A stretch of 64,000 nucleotides of DNA from Rhodobacter sp. (GTDB lineage Bacteria > Pseudomonadota > Alphaproteobacteria > Rhodobacterales > Rhodobacteraceae), in assembly GCA_027487395.1 (NCBI GenBank), contig JAIYDR010000384.1:9732-73731 (forward strand). Reading direction: 5' to 3'. Both the position numbers and the translations under genes were made by a program. Of this stretch, positions 39,414 to 49,658 are shown one piece after another. The number at the start of each line of letters is the position of its first letter. The first letter of the stretch is position 1. The notes below the pieces were generated by a model. The model was given only the letters and a program-made list of their open reading frames with translations. It did not search any database and had not been told where the DNA came from.

Positions 39414-42400
39414 ATGAACTTTTCCGCCTGGTCAATCCGAAACCCCGTAGCACCCCTTCTGACGTTCTTCTTGTTGATGATTGTCGGCTGGAACAGCTTT
39501 AACTCGCTGCCCATTACACGATTCCCAAACATCGATGTGCCTTTGGTCGCTGTGACCGTGGCGCAATCCGGGGCCGCGCCTGCGGAGATGGAAACGCAAA
39601 TCACCAAGGAAATCGAAGATGCCGTTGCGGGCATCACGGGGGTGAAGAACGTTATCTCCACGGTCAATGACGGCGTTTCAACAACCGCTGTGGAATTCCG
39701 CATGGAAATCCCCACGGAAAAGGCCGTGCAAGACACCAAAGACGCCATAGATCGCATTCGGGGCAATTTGCCGGGGTCGATTGAGGCGCCCGTGGTCAGC
39801 CGGATCGACGTTGAAGGTCAGGCAATCATGACCTTTGCCGTGGCAAACCAGAACCAGACCATCGAAGAGCTTTCCTGGTTCGTCGACAATACCGTGACTC
39901 GCGCGTTGCAGGGGCGTCCTGGCGTGGGCCGGGTGGATCGTTATGGCGGGGCCGAACGCGAAATTCGGGTGGAGTTGGATCCGGTCAAACTGGACAGCTA
40001 CGGAATCACCGCCAGCGCGGTGAACCAGCAGTTGCGCTCCACCAACGCCAACCTCGGCTCTGGCCGGTCAGAAATCGGCGATGGCGAACAGGCGATCCGC
40101 ACGCTGGGTGACGCAGCCACGGTGGAACGTCTGGCCGCGACCACCATCGCCTTGCCCTCGGGCCGGCATGTGCGCCTGTCCGATCTGGGCGAGGTGGTGG
40201 ATACCTACGAAGAACTGCGCTCTTTCGTGCGGTTGGACGGCAACCCGGTGGTGACCTTTGCCGTGTTCCGCGCCAAGGGCGCATCCGAAGTGTCGGTCGC
40301 CGAAACCGTCAACACCGTGCTGGATGGCTTGCGCACCGAGCATCCCGACACGACCATCACCATTGTTGATGAAACCGTGTTCTACACCTATGGCAACTAC
40401 GAATCCGCGCTGCACACGCTGATCGAAGGGTCGATTCTTGCCATCCTTGTGGTGCTGGCCTTCCTGCGGAACTGGCGTGCGACGCTGATTGCCGCTGTCG
40501 CCCTGCCCCTGTCGGCGGTGCCCACCTTCTTTGTCATGGACCTCTTGGGTTTTTCGCTGAACCTCGTCAGCTTCCTTGCCATCACGCTGGCCACCGGCAT
40601 CCTTGTCGATGACGCGATCGTTGAGATTGAAAACATAGCCAGACACATCAGGATGGGGAAAACTCCCTATCGCGCGGCGATTGAGGCCGCGGATGAAATC
40701 GGTCTGGCCGTTATCGCCACCACCTTCACCATCGTCGCGGTTTTCGTGCCTGTGTCGTTCATGGCCGGGATACCAGGGCAATATTTCCGGCAGTTTGGCC
40801 TGACTGTCGCCATTTCGGTGCTGTTCTCGCTTTTGGTCGCGCGTCTGATCACACCGATGATGGCCGCCTATCTGATGCGGTCCAAGGATGCCGACGAACA
40901 ACATGCCGAAGACGGCTTCATCATGCGCGGCTATCTGAAAATCGTCGCCATCTCGACCTCGGGCCGTTTCCTGCGTTTCATCCCGGCGCGCTATGTGACT
41001 TTGGTTCTGGCCTTTGTCGTCTTGGCTGTGTCGATGCACTTCATGCTCAAGGTCCCGGGCAGCTTCCTGCCACCCGAAGACGTCAGCCGCATCTCTGCCT
41101 CGGTCGAATTGCCGCCGGGAACCACCCTGGCAGAAACCGAAGTGGCGACGGATCTCATCCATGAGACGATCAAGGATATCCCGGGCATTGACCGCATCAT
41201 GGTCGTTGGCGGCACCTCGCCCACCGGCGATCTCGACGTCCGTCGCGCGTCCGTGGTGGTGGTTCTGGATCGTTTGGACCATTCGCTGCTGTTGAAGCTG
41301 TCAGATATCGTCAACAAGGTGCCCGTGCTGGGCGACCTGATTCCCGATATAGAAAACAAAGGCCGTCTGATCCCGCAAAACATCATCGAAGCGCAGATTT
41401 TCGACCGGCTCCAGAAACTTCCCGATATGCGGGCGTTCAAACTGAATGACCGCGGTGAACGGGACCTGTCCTATTCAATCCTCGCCGACAATGAGGCGGA
41501 TTTGAACGCGGCTGTGGCGCTTTTGGAGGCTGCTTTGGTCAAGGTGCCGGAACTGGCCAACGTGGCGTCAGAGGGTGCCTTGCCGCGCCCGGAAATCCAG
41601 ATCAGCCCAAGGGTGGCCGAGGCTGCGCGTCTGGGCATCACCACAGCGCAGATCGCCGAAACCGTGCGTGTTGCCACCATCGGAGATTTCGATGCGGCCT
41701 TGGCGAAACTTTCCATCGACAATCGCCTGATCCCGATCCGCGTGCGCCTGAATGATGCCAGCCGCGAAGACCTGTCGCGAATCGCGGCGCTTAAGGTGAT
41801 GACAGCCACGGGCGCTTCGGTGCCGCTGTCCGCTGTGGCGGACATTCGCATCGGCGAAGGCCCATCGGTGGTGGAACGCCTGAACCGCGAACGCCGCGCC
41901 AGCATCGGCGCGAACTTGCCCGTGGGCGTGGCGCTTGGGACGGCATCCGCCGCCTTTGACAAGGTGGTGGCCGAAACCCCATTGCCCGGCACCGCGCGCG
42001 TGGAACAATCCGGCGATGCCGAAGTTCAGGCCGAACTCTTCAGCAGCTTTGGCAATGCCATGATCCTTGGTCTGCTTTTGGTGCTGACCGTGCTGATTCT
42101 GCTCTTCAAGTCGGTGATCCAGCCCTTCACCATCCTGTTTTCGTTGCCGCTGGCCATCGGTGGCGTGGCGGCGGCGCTGATCTTGACCAATTCGGCGCTG
42201 TCCATGCCGGTGCTGATCGGGATTTTGATGCTGATGGGGATCGTGACCAAGAACGCTATCCTGCTGATCGATTTCGCCATCGAAATGCGCAATCGCGGCA
42301 TGGACCGCTTCATGGCGGTGATCGAGGCCGGGCACAAGCGCGCACGTCCCATCGTCATGACCTCGATCGCCATGTCGGCGGGGATGCTGCCCTCAGCGCT

Positions 42401-42695
42401 GGGTGTGGGTGAAGGCGGGTCGTTCCGCGCGCCGATGGCCACGGCGGTGATCGGCGGGATCATCGTCTCGACCGTGCTGTCACTGGTGGTGGTCCCGGCC
42501 TTCTTTTTGATCATGGATGACCTGTCGCGCCTGATGTCATTCTTGTTCAGCAAGATCATCGGCCCGAAAGAGGAAGAACCCGAGGCGCCCCCGGCGCATG
42601 TTCTGGCCGAACGAATCGCAGCGCTTGAGGCTGCGCAGGACAGCCGAGCGCCTATCGCTCTGGCCAAAATCGCCCCTTTGCAGGCGGCGGAATAG
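39414..42695 (+). CDS. RND efflux permease (AcrB/HAE family)
   Basis: 1093 aa; MNFSAWSIRNPV... N-terminus; 12-TM duplicated architecture with two large periplasmic loops. Confidence 0.95.
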   Translation: MNFSAWSIRNPVAPLLTFFLLMIVGWNSFNSLPITRFPNIDVPLVAVTVAQSGAAPAEMETQITKEIEDAVAGITGVKNVISTVNDGVSTTAVEFRMEIPTEKAVQDTKDAIDRIRGNLPGSIEAPVVSRIDVEGQAIMTFAVANQNQTIEELSWFVDNTVTRALQGRPGVGRVDRYGGAEREIRVELDPVKLDSYGITASAVNQQLRSTNANLGSGRSEIGDGEQAIRTLGDAATVERLAATTIALPSGRHVRLSDLGEVVDTYEELRSFVRLDGNPVVTFAVFRAKGASEVSVAETVNTVLDGLRTEHPDTTITIVDETVFYTYGNYESALHTLIEGSILAILVVLAFLRNWRATLIAAVALPLSAVPTFFVMDLLGFSLNLVSFLAITLATGILVDDAIVEIENIARHIRMGKTPYRAAIEAADEIGLAVIATTFTIVAVFVPVSFMAGIPGQYFRQFGLTVAISVLFSLLVARLITPMMAAYLMRSKDADEQHAEDGFIMRGYLKIVAISTSGRFLRFIPARYVTLVLAFVVLAVSMHFMLKVPGSFLPPEDVSRISASVELPPGTTLAETEVATDLIHETIKDIPGIDRIMVVGGTSPTGDLDVRRASVVVVLDRLDHSLLLKLSDIVNKVPVLGDLIPDIENKGRLIPQNIIEAQIFDRLQKLPDMRAFKLNDRGERDLSYSILADNEADLNAAVALLEAALVKVPELANVASEGALPRPEIQISPRVAEAARLGITTAQIAETVRVATIGDFDAALAKLSIDNRLIPIRVRLNDASREDLSRIAALKVMTATGASVPLSAVADIRIGEGPSVVERLNRERRASIGANLPVGVALGTASAAFDKVVAETPLPGTARVEQSGDAEVQAELFSSFGNAMILGLLLVLTVLILLFKSVIQPFTILFSLPLAIGGVAAALILTNSALSMPVLIGILMLMGIVTKNAILLIDFAIEMRNRGMDRFMAVIEAGHKRARPIVMTSIAMSAGMLPSALGVGEGGSFRAPMATAVIGGIIVSTVLSLVVVPAFFLIMDDLSRLMSFLFSKIIGPKEEEPEAPPAHVLAERIAALEAAQDSRAPIALAKIAPLQAAE

Positions 42696-42696
42696 G

Positions 42697-43116
42697 TCAG
42701 ACCAACTTTAGCAGCAAGGCCAAAAGCTGCGCCCGTTCGGGCGCGGTCAACGGGACGAGCGTTTCGGCACTGACCTTCAGCGCCGTCGCCACCCCTTCGG
42801 CAAACAACGCCGCCCCCGCCCCGGTCAGGGAAACGGTAAGGCGGCGTTTGTCATTGGGATCGGCGGCGGTTTCCACCAAACCCTGCCGTGCCAGCCGGTC
42901 CACAACGCCCTTGATCGTGGCGGCATCCATCGCCGTCATCCGTCCCAGATGATTCTGCGATAGCGGCCCCAGTTCGGACAGGCGCGCCAGCACCGCCCAT
43001 TGCACCGAGGTCACCTGCGGCAGACGTTCGGTGAAGATCGCAAGATGCCGCTGGGTCACGCGCCGCAGCACATAACCGATCTGGTCGTCCAGCACATATT
43101 CCGGGCGCTCTGTCAT
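42697..43116 (-). CDS. MarR-family transcriptional regulator
   Basis: 139 aa from MTERPEYVLDDQIGYVLRR...; winged HTH ...QWAVLARLSELGPLSQNHLGRMTAMDAATIKGVVDRL...; divergent from the hydroxylase cluster. Confidence 0.85.
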   Translation of the reverse strand: MTERPEYVLDDQIGYVLRRVTQRHLAIFTERLPQVTSVQWAVLARLSELGPLSQNHLGRMTAMDAATIKGVVDRLARQGLVETAADPNDKRRLTVSLTGAGAALFAEGVATALKVSAETLVPLTAPERAQLLALLLKLV

Positions 43117-43214
43117 GGCTTGAAATAGACCGCGACCGATTGCCGCGCAAGAATGTTGACAGATGCTCCGCCTGTCCGCAATCTCATGTGCATACAAACG
43201 ATATGGGTCGCCCA

Positions 43215-44033
43215 ATGCTGTTTGCCCGCCCCGACACCCTGACACAGGCGATTGCGCTTCGGGCGCAGGGGATGCGGGTTTTGTCGGGTGGGACAGACCT
43301 CTATCCCGGAGCATCGGCAGAACTTTCGGGCGATGTCCTGGACCTGACCGCCATCCCCGCCCTGCGCGATATGACCCAAGGTCCGGATGGCTTGCGAATC
43401 GGGGCGTGCACGACTTGGAGCGATTTGGTGGAGGCAGATTTGCCCCCCGCCTTGACCGCCCTGCAACAGGCGGCGCTTCAGGTCGGGGGGCGGCAAGTGC
43501 AAAACGCCGGGACCATCGGCGGCAACCTCTGCAACGCCTCTCCGGCCGCAGATGGCGTGCCGCCGCTTCTGGTGCTGGATGCGGTGGTGGAATTGACAGG
43601 ACCGACCGGTGCACGGTCCCTGCCGCTGGATCAGTTTATCATCGGCCCCCGCCGCACGGCACTGGCGCAGGGCGAAATCCTGACTGCCATCACGCTGCCG
43701 CACAGCGCCCTGACCGGACGATCCGCCTTTGTCAAACTGGGCGCGCGGGCGCATCTGGTGATCTCAATCGCCATGGTCGCGGTGCGGATTTCGCTGGAAA
43801 AGGGTCACATTTCCCACTGCGCGCTGGCGGTTGGCTCTTGCGGTCCCGTCGCCTGCCGCCTGCCAAGGCTAGAGGCCGCGATCCTTGGTCTGACGCTGTC
43901 TCAGGCGCTGGAACAGATCACCCCTACGGCGCTCGATGCCCTGTCACCCATCGACGATATTCGCGCCACTGCCGCCTATCGGAGGGAAGCCGCCGCCGAA
44001 CTCCTCCGCCGCGCAGTGACGGAGGCCGCATGA
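43215..44033 (+). CDS. Molybdenum hydroxylase FAD-binding subunit (CoxM/XdhB-like)
   Basis: MLFARPDTLTQAIALRAQG...LSGGTDLYP...; 272 aa. A perfect TTGACA lies at 43156-43161 upstream. The alternative ATG is at 43203. Confidence 0.8.
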   Translation: MLFARPDTLTQAIALRAQGMRVLSGGTDLYPGASAELSGDVLDLTAIPALRDMTQGPDGLRIGACTTWSDLVEADLPPALTALQQAALQVGGRQVQNAGTIGGNLCNASPAADGVPPLLVLDAVVELTGPTGARSLPLDQFIIGPRRTALAQGEILTAITLPHSALTGRSAFVKLGARAHLVISIAMVAVRISLEKGHISHCALAVGSCGPVACRLPRLEAAILGLTLSQALEQITPTALDALSPIDDIRATAAYRREAAAELLRRAVTEAA

Positions 44034-46699
44034 TCACCTTCACCCTCAACGGCCAACCCGTCACCACCGACAGCGCCCCAACCCGCCGCCTGTCCGAGGT
44101 GCTGCGTGAGGATTTGGGGCTGAAAGGCACCAAAGTTGGCTGCGACGCGGGCGATTGCGGCTCTTGCACCGTGCTGGTGGATGGCCGCGCGCTGTGCGCT
44201 TGCTTGACCCCCGCCGCACGGATTGCGGGCGCGCATGTCGAAACGGTGGAGCGCGAGACCCCCGAACTCACCCGCCTGCGCACTGCCTTTCTGCGCCACG
44301 GCGCGGCGCAATGCGGCATCTGCACGCCGGGAATGCTGATGGCCGCCGTTGATCTGTTGCGCCGCAATCCCACACCCAGCGAAGCTGAAGCATCCGAGGC
44401 CTTGGGCGGCGTGCTCTGCCGTTGCACCGGTTATCGCAAGATCATCGCCGCCGTTTGTGACACGACCGATAGCGCCGCGATCACCACCGGCGGCGTTGGC
44501 ACGGCGCTTCAACGGATTGACGGCGCGGCCAAAGTGGCGGGCGATCTTTTCGGGGCCGATGTGGTGCCTGACGGAGCTTTGACGCTGAAAGCGATCCGCT
44601 CTCCCCACCATCACGCGGCCTTCACCTTCGGCGATCTGACCGCCTATGCCCAACGTCCCGGCGTGGCGGGCGTCTTTACCGCCGCCGATATCCCCGGCCT
44701 GAATCGCTTTGGCGTCATCCCGCCTTTCGCCGACCAACCCGCCATCGCCCCCAGCCCCGCGCGGTTTCGCGGTGAATGCGTGGCCTTGGTGGCGTTTGAG
44801 CCGGGGGTGACCCCTGATCTGTCCGACTTTCCGATCCACTGGCAAGAACGCCCCGCCCAGATGATCCCGGCCGAGGCCGAGACCTCATCCCATCTGATCC
44901 ACGACAACCGCCCCGGCAACCGTCTGACCGAAGGCCGCGTGGTCAAGGGCGATGCTGCCGCCGCCCTCGCCACCTCTGCCCATATCGTCGAAGGCGAGAT
45001 CACCACTGCCTTCGTCGAACACGCCTATATCGAACCTGAGGCTGGATCCGCGTGGATGGAGGGCGATGTCCTCAACATCCGCGCCTGCACCCAAGCCCCC
45101 GTCATGGACCGCGATGACACCGCCACCATCCTGGCCCTGCCCCATGACCGCGTCCGCATCCGGCCCAGCGCTGTGGGTGGCGGTTTCGGGTCAAAGCTGG
45201 ATGTCAGCCTGCAACCGCTGCTCGGGCTTGTGGCGCTGAAAACCGGACGGCCCGTGCGGATGACCTACACACGGCAAGAAAGCATGGCCTCCACCACCAA
45301 ACGCCACCCGGCCGAGATTCGGGGCCGCATCGGCTGCGACGCCACAGGCCGGATCACCGCCGTCGCCTTCGAAGGCCGCTTCGACACTGGCGCCTATGCC
45401 TCTTGGGGCCCCACCGTGGCAAACCGCGTCCCGGTCCATGCCTCTGGCCCCTACCTGACACCGCATGTCCACGCCCGCGCCCGCGCGATCCACACCAACG
45501 GCCCCGTCTCGGGGGCCTTCCGGGGCTTCGGCGTGCCACAGGCCGCCATTTGGCAAGAAACCCTCTTTGACCAACTCGCCGACAAAGCCGGGATCGACCG
45601 GCTGGAGTTCCGCATCCTCAATGCCCTGACCGATGGCGATCTGTCCGCCACCGGCCAAGTGATGCAGGCCACCGGCATCCGCGAATGTCTTGAAGCGCTC
45701 CGCCCCCATTGGTACCGCGCCTTGGCCGAGGCACAGGGCAAACCCGGACGCGGCGTCGGCCTTGCCTCATGCTGGTATGGCTGCGGCAACACGTCTTTGC
45801 CCAACCCTTCCACCATCCGCATTGGCATCACACCCAGTGGCCAGATCGTCCTGCACCAAGGCGCCACCGACATCGGCCAGGGATCGAACACCGTCATCCC
45901 CCAGATCGCCGCGCAAGCCTTGGGTCTGCCCGTCGAACTGTTCCACCTGATCGGCCCGGATACCTTCCTGACCCCGGATGCCGGCAAAACCTCGGCCAGC
46001 CGACAAACCTATGTCTCCGGCCGCGCCGCCCATGACACTGCCCGCGCGCTGCGGTCACAGATATTGCGGCTGGCCAATGCCTCGGACGCCGCCACCTTGT
46101 CACTGGCCAATGGCACCTTAACCGTCACCGAAGGCACCACCCGCCGCGACATCGCTCTCGCGTCCCAGCCCATCGGCGAAGATGGCTATGTCCTGCTCGC
46201 CGAAGAAACCTATGACCCGCCCACCGCGCCTTTGGATGCCAATGGCCAAGGCAAACCCTACGCCGTCTACGGCTATGGTGCGCAACTGGTCGAACTCCAT
46301 GTTGACCGCGCCCTCGGCACCGTCAAACTGCTGAAGATCACCGCCGCTCATGATGTGGGTCGCGCCATCAACCCCCAACTCGCCGAAGGCCAGATCGAAG
46401 GCGGCATCGCCCAAGGCATCGGCCTTGCCTTGATGGAGGAATACCTCCCCGGCCGGACCGAAAACCTGCACGACTACCTGATCCCTACCACAGGCGACGT
46501 CCCGCCCATCCAGTCAATCCTTTTGGAAATCCCCGATCCCGAAGGCCCCTTCGGCGCAAAGGGCTTGGGCGAACATGTCCTGATCCCCACCGCCCCCGCC
46601 ATCCTCAACGCCATCCGCCACGCCACCGGGGCCAAGATCACCCGCCTGCCCGCCCTGCCCCACCGCATCCGCGCCGCGATCCTAGGGGCAAAGCCATGA
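44030..46699 (+). CDS. Fused [2Fe-2S] plus molybdopterin-binding subunit of a xanthine dehydrogenase/aldehyde oxidase-family hydroxylase
   Basis: ATGA overlap with the FAD subunit. CDAGDCGSCTV and CGICTPGM cluster motifs are followed by about 730 aa of Mo-cofactor domain. 889 aa. Confidence 0.85.
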   Translation: MITFTLNGQPVTTDSAPTRRLSEVLREDLGLKGTKVGCDAGDCGSCTVLVDGRALCACLTPAARIAGAHVETVERETPELTRLRTAFLRHGAAQCGICTPGMLMAAVDLLRRNPTPSEAEASEALGGVLCRCTGYRKIIAAVCDTTDSAAITTGGVGTALQRIDGAAKVAGDLFGADVVPDGALTLKAIRSPHHHAAFTFGDLTAYAQRPGVAGVFTAADIPGLNRFGVIPPFADQPAIAPSPARFRGECVALVAFEPGVTPDLSDFPIHWQERPAQMIPAEAETSSHLIHDNRPGNRLTEGRVVKGDAAAALATSAHIVEGEITTAFVEHAYIEPEAGSAWMEGDVLNIRACTQAPVMDRDDTATILALPHDRVRIRPSAVGGGFGSKLDVSLQPLLGLVALKTGRPVRMTYTRQESMASTTKRHPAEIRGRIGCDATGRITAVAFEGRFDTGAYASWGPTVANRVPVHASGPYLTPHVHARARAIHTNGPVSGAFRGFGVPQAAIWQETLFDQLADKAGIDRLEFRILNALTDGDLSATGQVMQATGIRECLEALRPHWYRALAEAQGKPGRGVGLASCWYGCGNTSLPNPSTIRIGITPSGQIVLHQGATDIGQGSNTVIPQIAAQALGLPVELFHLIGPDTFLTPDAGKTSASRQTYVSGRAAHDTARALRSQILRLANASDAATLSLANGTLTVTEGTTRRDIALASQPIGEDGYVLLAEETYDPPTAPLDANGQGKPYAVYGYGAQLVELHVDRALGTVKLLKITAAHDVGRAINPQLAEGQIEGGIAQGIGLALMEEYLPGRTENLHDYLIPTTGDVPPIQSILLEIPDPEGPFGAKGLGEHVLIPTAPAILNAIRHATGAKITRLPALPHRIRAAILGAKP

Positions 46700-46829
46700 C
46701 CCCGCATTCATTGTCCTCAGATATCCTTGGGCGGTCTGGAGGGCAGACAGCCCTCCGGGGCCAGACACAGAGACGGACAGATCAAGGCGGCAACCATCCC
46801 CCTATCCCCTTAGGGGTGAGGTGGCATCG

Positions 46830-48263
46830 ATGACCGCACAAGAGAAAATCCGCTGCGATGCCTGCCCGGTGATGTGTTACATCGCCCCCGGCCAGACCGG
46901 GGCTTGCGACCGTTATGCCAATGACGCAGGGCGGATTGTGCGCACCGATCCGGTGCTGATGCTGAGCCATGCGCTGCGAGGCAGCGAAAAGATCATCCCC
47001 TTTGCCGCCGCCGAATGGCAGGATGGCCTTGTGCCGGTGGACACCGTGGTGACTGGCATCGGGTCCGGCACGACCTATCCCGATTACAAGCCCGCACCCT
47101 TTATCGTGTCCTCGCAGATCGACGGCGCGGAGTTGGTCACCGTGGTGACCGAGGCGATCTTTTCCTATTGCGGCGTCAAGGTGAAGATCGACACCGACCG
47201 TCACCTTGGCCCCGAAGGCGCCGTGATCCGCGTCGATGGCGAGCCCGTTGGCCATGTCACCACCGCCGAATATGGCAGTCAGATGCTCTCGCTTGGCGGC
47301 GTGCATCACCTGACCGGAGGCAGCAAGGGCGAAGGTCGCATCACCTGCGCCGCGATGCTGGCGCTGTGCAATCGTGACGCCGTGACGCTGACCATCGACG
47401 GCGGCTCAACCGTCACCGTGCAGGCTGGCCAGCCGCCCATCGTGGACGGCACCCCGGAACGGCGCATGCGCGTCGGCTGCGGCTCGGCGACCATTGGCAT
47501 GTTCGCCAGCCAATGGCAGGGCTTGGTCGATGAGGTGGTGGTTGTCGATGACCACATCACCGGCGTCGTCAGCGAACATCAGGCAGGAAAGGTGATCGGC
47601 TGGCCCGCGACAGGCATCCGCATCAAGGGCCACCGCTCTACCCCTGGCCGCTACTTCCGCGTGTCTGATCCCGGCTTGGGATGGGGCGGCACGAAGCTGA
47701 TAGACCCGTTGGACATCCTCGGCCCGTGGAACGCGGCCAAAGGCGCGCGGCCCGGATTGCGGCTGTTGATGGTGTCAACGACGGGCGAGGAATACGGCTA
47801 CTACATCCTCGATGCGTCTCTAATCCCGCAAAAGCACCCGTTGCCGCCGGAACTGGAACCCTCCGTCAAATTGATTGATGAAAACTGCGAACCCTCGCTT
47901 TGCACCGTCCTGTTCATGGGCGGCGCGGGGGGCAGTCTGAGGGCGGGGGTGACGAAAAATCCGGTACGGCTAACTCGGTCCGTGCAGGCGCGTGAGACTC
48001 GGCTGACCTGCGGCGGGGCCGAATGCTATGTCTGGCCCGGGGGTGGGATCACCTTCATGGTCGATGTGCTGGACCTGCCGCCCGGCAGTTTTGGCTATGT
48101 CCCCACACCCGCGCTGGTGGCCCCGTTGGAGTTCACCCTGCCACGGGCTTCCTATCTGCGCTTGGGCGGGCATGATGAGGCGATCCGCTCCCTCCCCGAC
48201 ATCCTGCAAAACGGCGGCGAATACCCCACCGCAGCGAAACTCCATCCAAGGGGGCAGGGATGA
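46830..48263 (+). CDS. 6-hydroxynicotinate reductase-like Fe-S protein
   Basis: N-terminal Cys motif CDACPVMCYIAPGQTGACDRY. Family recalled from database annotations, not verified. GTG at 46821 is the alternative start. Confidence 0.5.
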   Translation: MTAQEKIRCDACPVMCYIAPGQTGACDRYANDAGRIVRTDPVLMLSHALRGSEKIIPFAAAEWQDGLVPVDTVVTGIGSGTTYPDYKPAPFIVSSQIDGAELVTVVTEAIFSYCGVKVKIDTDRHLGPEGAVIRVDGEPVGHVTTAEYGSQMLSLGGVHHLTGGSKGEGRITCAAMLALCNRDAVTLTIDGGSTVTVQAGQPPIVDGTPERRMRVGCGSATIGMFASQWQGLVDEVVVVDDHITGVVSEHQAGKVIGWPATGIRIKGHRSTPGRYFRVSDPGLGWGGTKLIDPLDILGPWNAAKGARPGLRLLMVSTTGEEYGYYILDASLIPQKHPLPPELEPSVKLIDENCEPSLCTVLFMGGAGGSLRAGVTKNPVRLTRSVQARETRLTCGGAECYVWPGGGITFMVDVLDLPPGSFGYVPTPALVAPLEFTLPRASYLRLGGHDEAIRSLPDILQNGGEYPTAAKLHPRGQG

Positions 48264-49084
48264 GCGCGCAAGTCACATGGCTTCCGGGGGGACGATTGCA
48301 CCTCCATCACGGGCCGATTGATGTGATCCTGCAAGGTTGGGGCGACGCGCGGTCGCTACAAGCGGGCTATGCGGCGGCGGTGACCAGATTCGACACCATT
48401 CTAGAGGAATTGGTGTCTGAACTGCCTGCGCTGCGATCCCCGGATGCCGCAGTGACCGGACCCACCGCACGGTTGATGGCCGCTGCCGTAATCCCTTTCC
48501 GCCCCACCTTCATCACGCCCATGGCCGCTGTCGCCGGGGCCGTCGCCGACACCATCCTGCGCGCCTTTGTCCGCCCCGGCATCACCCGCGCTTTTGCCAA
48601 CAACGGCGGCGACATCGCACTGCATCTGGACCCCGGCGAACACCTGACCTGCGCCATCGCGGGGGCAGCCGGAAGCGTCACGATCCACGCCGCCGATAGG
48701 GTGCGCGGCATCGCCACCTCGGGTTGGCGGGGGCGCAGTTGGTCTTTGGGTATCGCGGATTCAGTGACGATCCTTGGCAAAACCGCAGCCGAGGCCGATG
48801 CCGCAGCGACCATCGTCGCCAATGCGGTGGACCTGCCGGGCCATCCCGCCATCACCCGCCGCCCCGCTTTTGACCTACAAGCCGACAGTGACCTTGGCCC
48901 CCGCCTTGTCACCACCAATGTCGCCCCCCTGACCGCAACCGAGGCGCAAACCGCCGTAGATCGCGGTGCAGCCACAGGGCAAGCGGCGCTGGCGCGCGGA
49001 CTGATCGACGGCGCGTTGATTTTCCTGCACCCTGCAGTGCGAACCCTTGGCACCCTGCGCTTGAAGGAGCCTGAACTTGCCTGA
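48260..49084 (+). CDS. UPF0280-family protein
   Basis: 274 aa; ...LHLHHGPIDVILQGWG... pattern recalled for UPF0280; ATGA overlap with the upstream gene. Confidence 0.5.
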   Translation: MSAQVTWLPGGRLHLHHGPIDVILQGWGDARSLQAGYAAAVTRFDTILEELVSELPALRSPDAAVTGPTARLMAAAVIPFRPTFITPMAAVAGAVADTILRAFVRPGITRAFANNGGDIALHLDPGEHLTCAIAGAAGSVTIHAADRVRGIATSGWRGRSWSLGIADSVTILGKTAAEADAAATIVANAVDLPGHPAITRRPAFDLQADSDLGPRLVTTNVAPLTATEAQTAVDRGAATGQAALARGLIDGALIFLHPAVRTLGTLRLKEPELA

Positions 49085-49658
49085 CTTCCCCCTCCGCCGC
49101 ATCACCACACAGATCGAGGAGATCCACCACGAAGGGGGGCCCCTCGCCAATCCGCCCGCCCTGCGCGGCGCGATCATCGCCGTGGTGGGCAACCCCTTCG
49201 CCGGACGCTACGAGCCGGATTTACAGCCCGCGATGGAGGCCTTGAAACCCCTCGCCCTCCTGTTGACCGACCGTCTGGTCGCCGCTTTGGGCGGGCGCGA
49301 CGGCATTGATGCCTATGGCAAAGGCGCCATCGTGGGTGAAAGCGGCGAGTCCGAACATGGCGCGCTGTGGCATGTCGCGGGCGGTTACGGGATGCGCGAC
49401 CGCTTGGGCGAGTGTCGGGCCATCGTGCCCTCCGCCATGAAACTGGGCGGCATCGGGTCCACGCTGGATGTCCCCTTGGGGCACCTGAACGCCGCCTATG
49501 TGCGCTCGCGTTTTGACGTGATCACCGTGCGGATGGAGGATGCGCCGAAAGCGCATGAGATGGCGTTGGTCTTGGCCATGGCGCGCGGCGGACGGGTCCA
49601 CAGCCGCATGGGCGGACTAGAGGTCTGGCAGGTGAAGGGCGAGGACGGGCTAAGATGA
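49077..49658 (+). CDS. Amino-acid-synthesis family protein (AA_synth, PF06684/DUF1185-like)
   Basis: TTG start overlapping the upstream stop. ...YGKGAIVGESGESEHGALWH... and ...AAYVRSRFD... match my memory of PF06684. Confidence 0.55.
   Translation: MPDFPLRRITTQIEEIHHEGGPLANPPALRGAIIAVVGNPFAGRYEPDLQPAMEALKPLALLLTDRLVAALGGRDGIDAYGKGAIVGESGESEHGALWHVAGGYGMRDRLGECRAIVPSAMKLGGIGSTLDVPLGHLNAAYVRSRFDVITVRMEDAPKAHEMALVLAMARGGRVHSRMGGLEVWQVKGEDGLR

Noticed and set aside
43163-44029. 5' 289 codons of the 1178-aa ORF (43163-46699)
   Set aside because: This part overlaps the FAD-subunit gene in another frame and is Arg/Gly-rich junk. The real gene starts at the ATGA junction (44030) with MITFTLNGQPV..., the canonical start of 2Fe-2S small-subunit domains.
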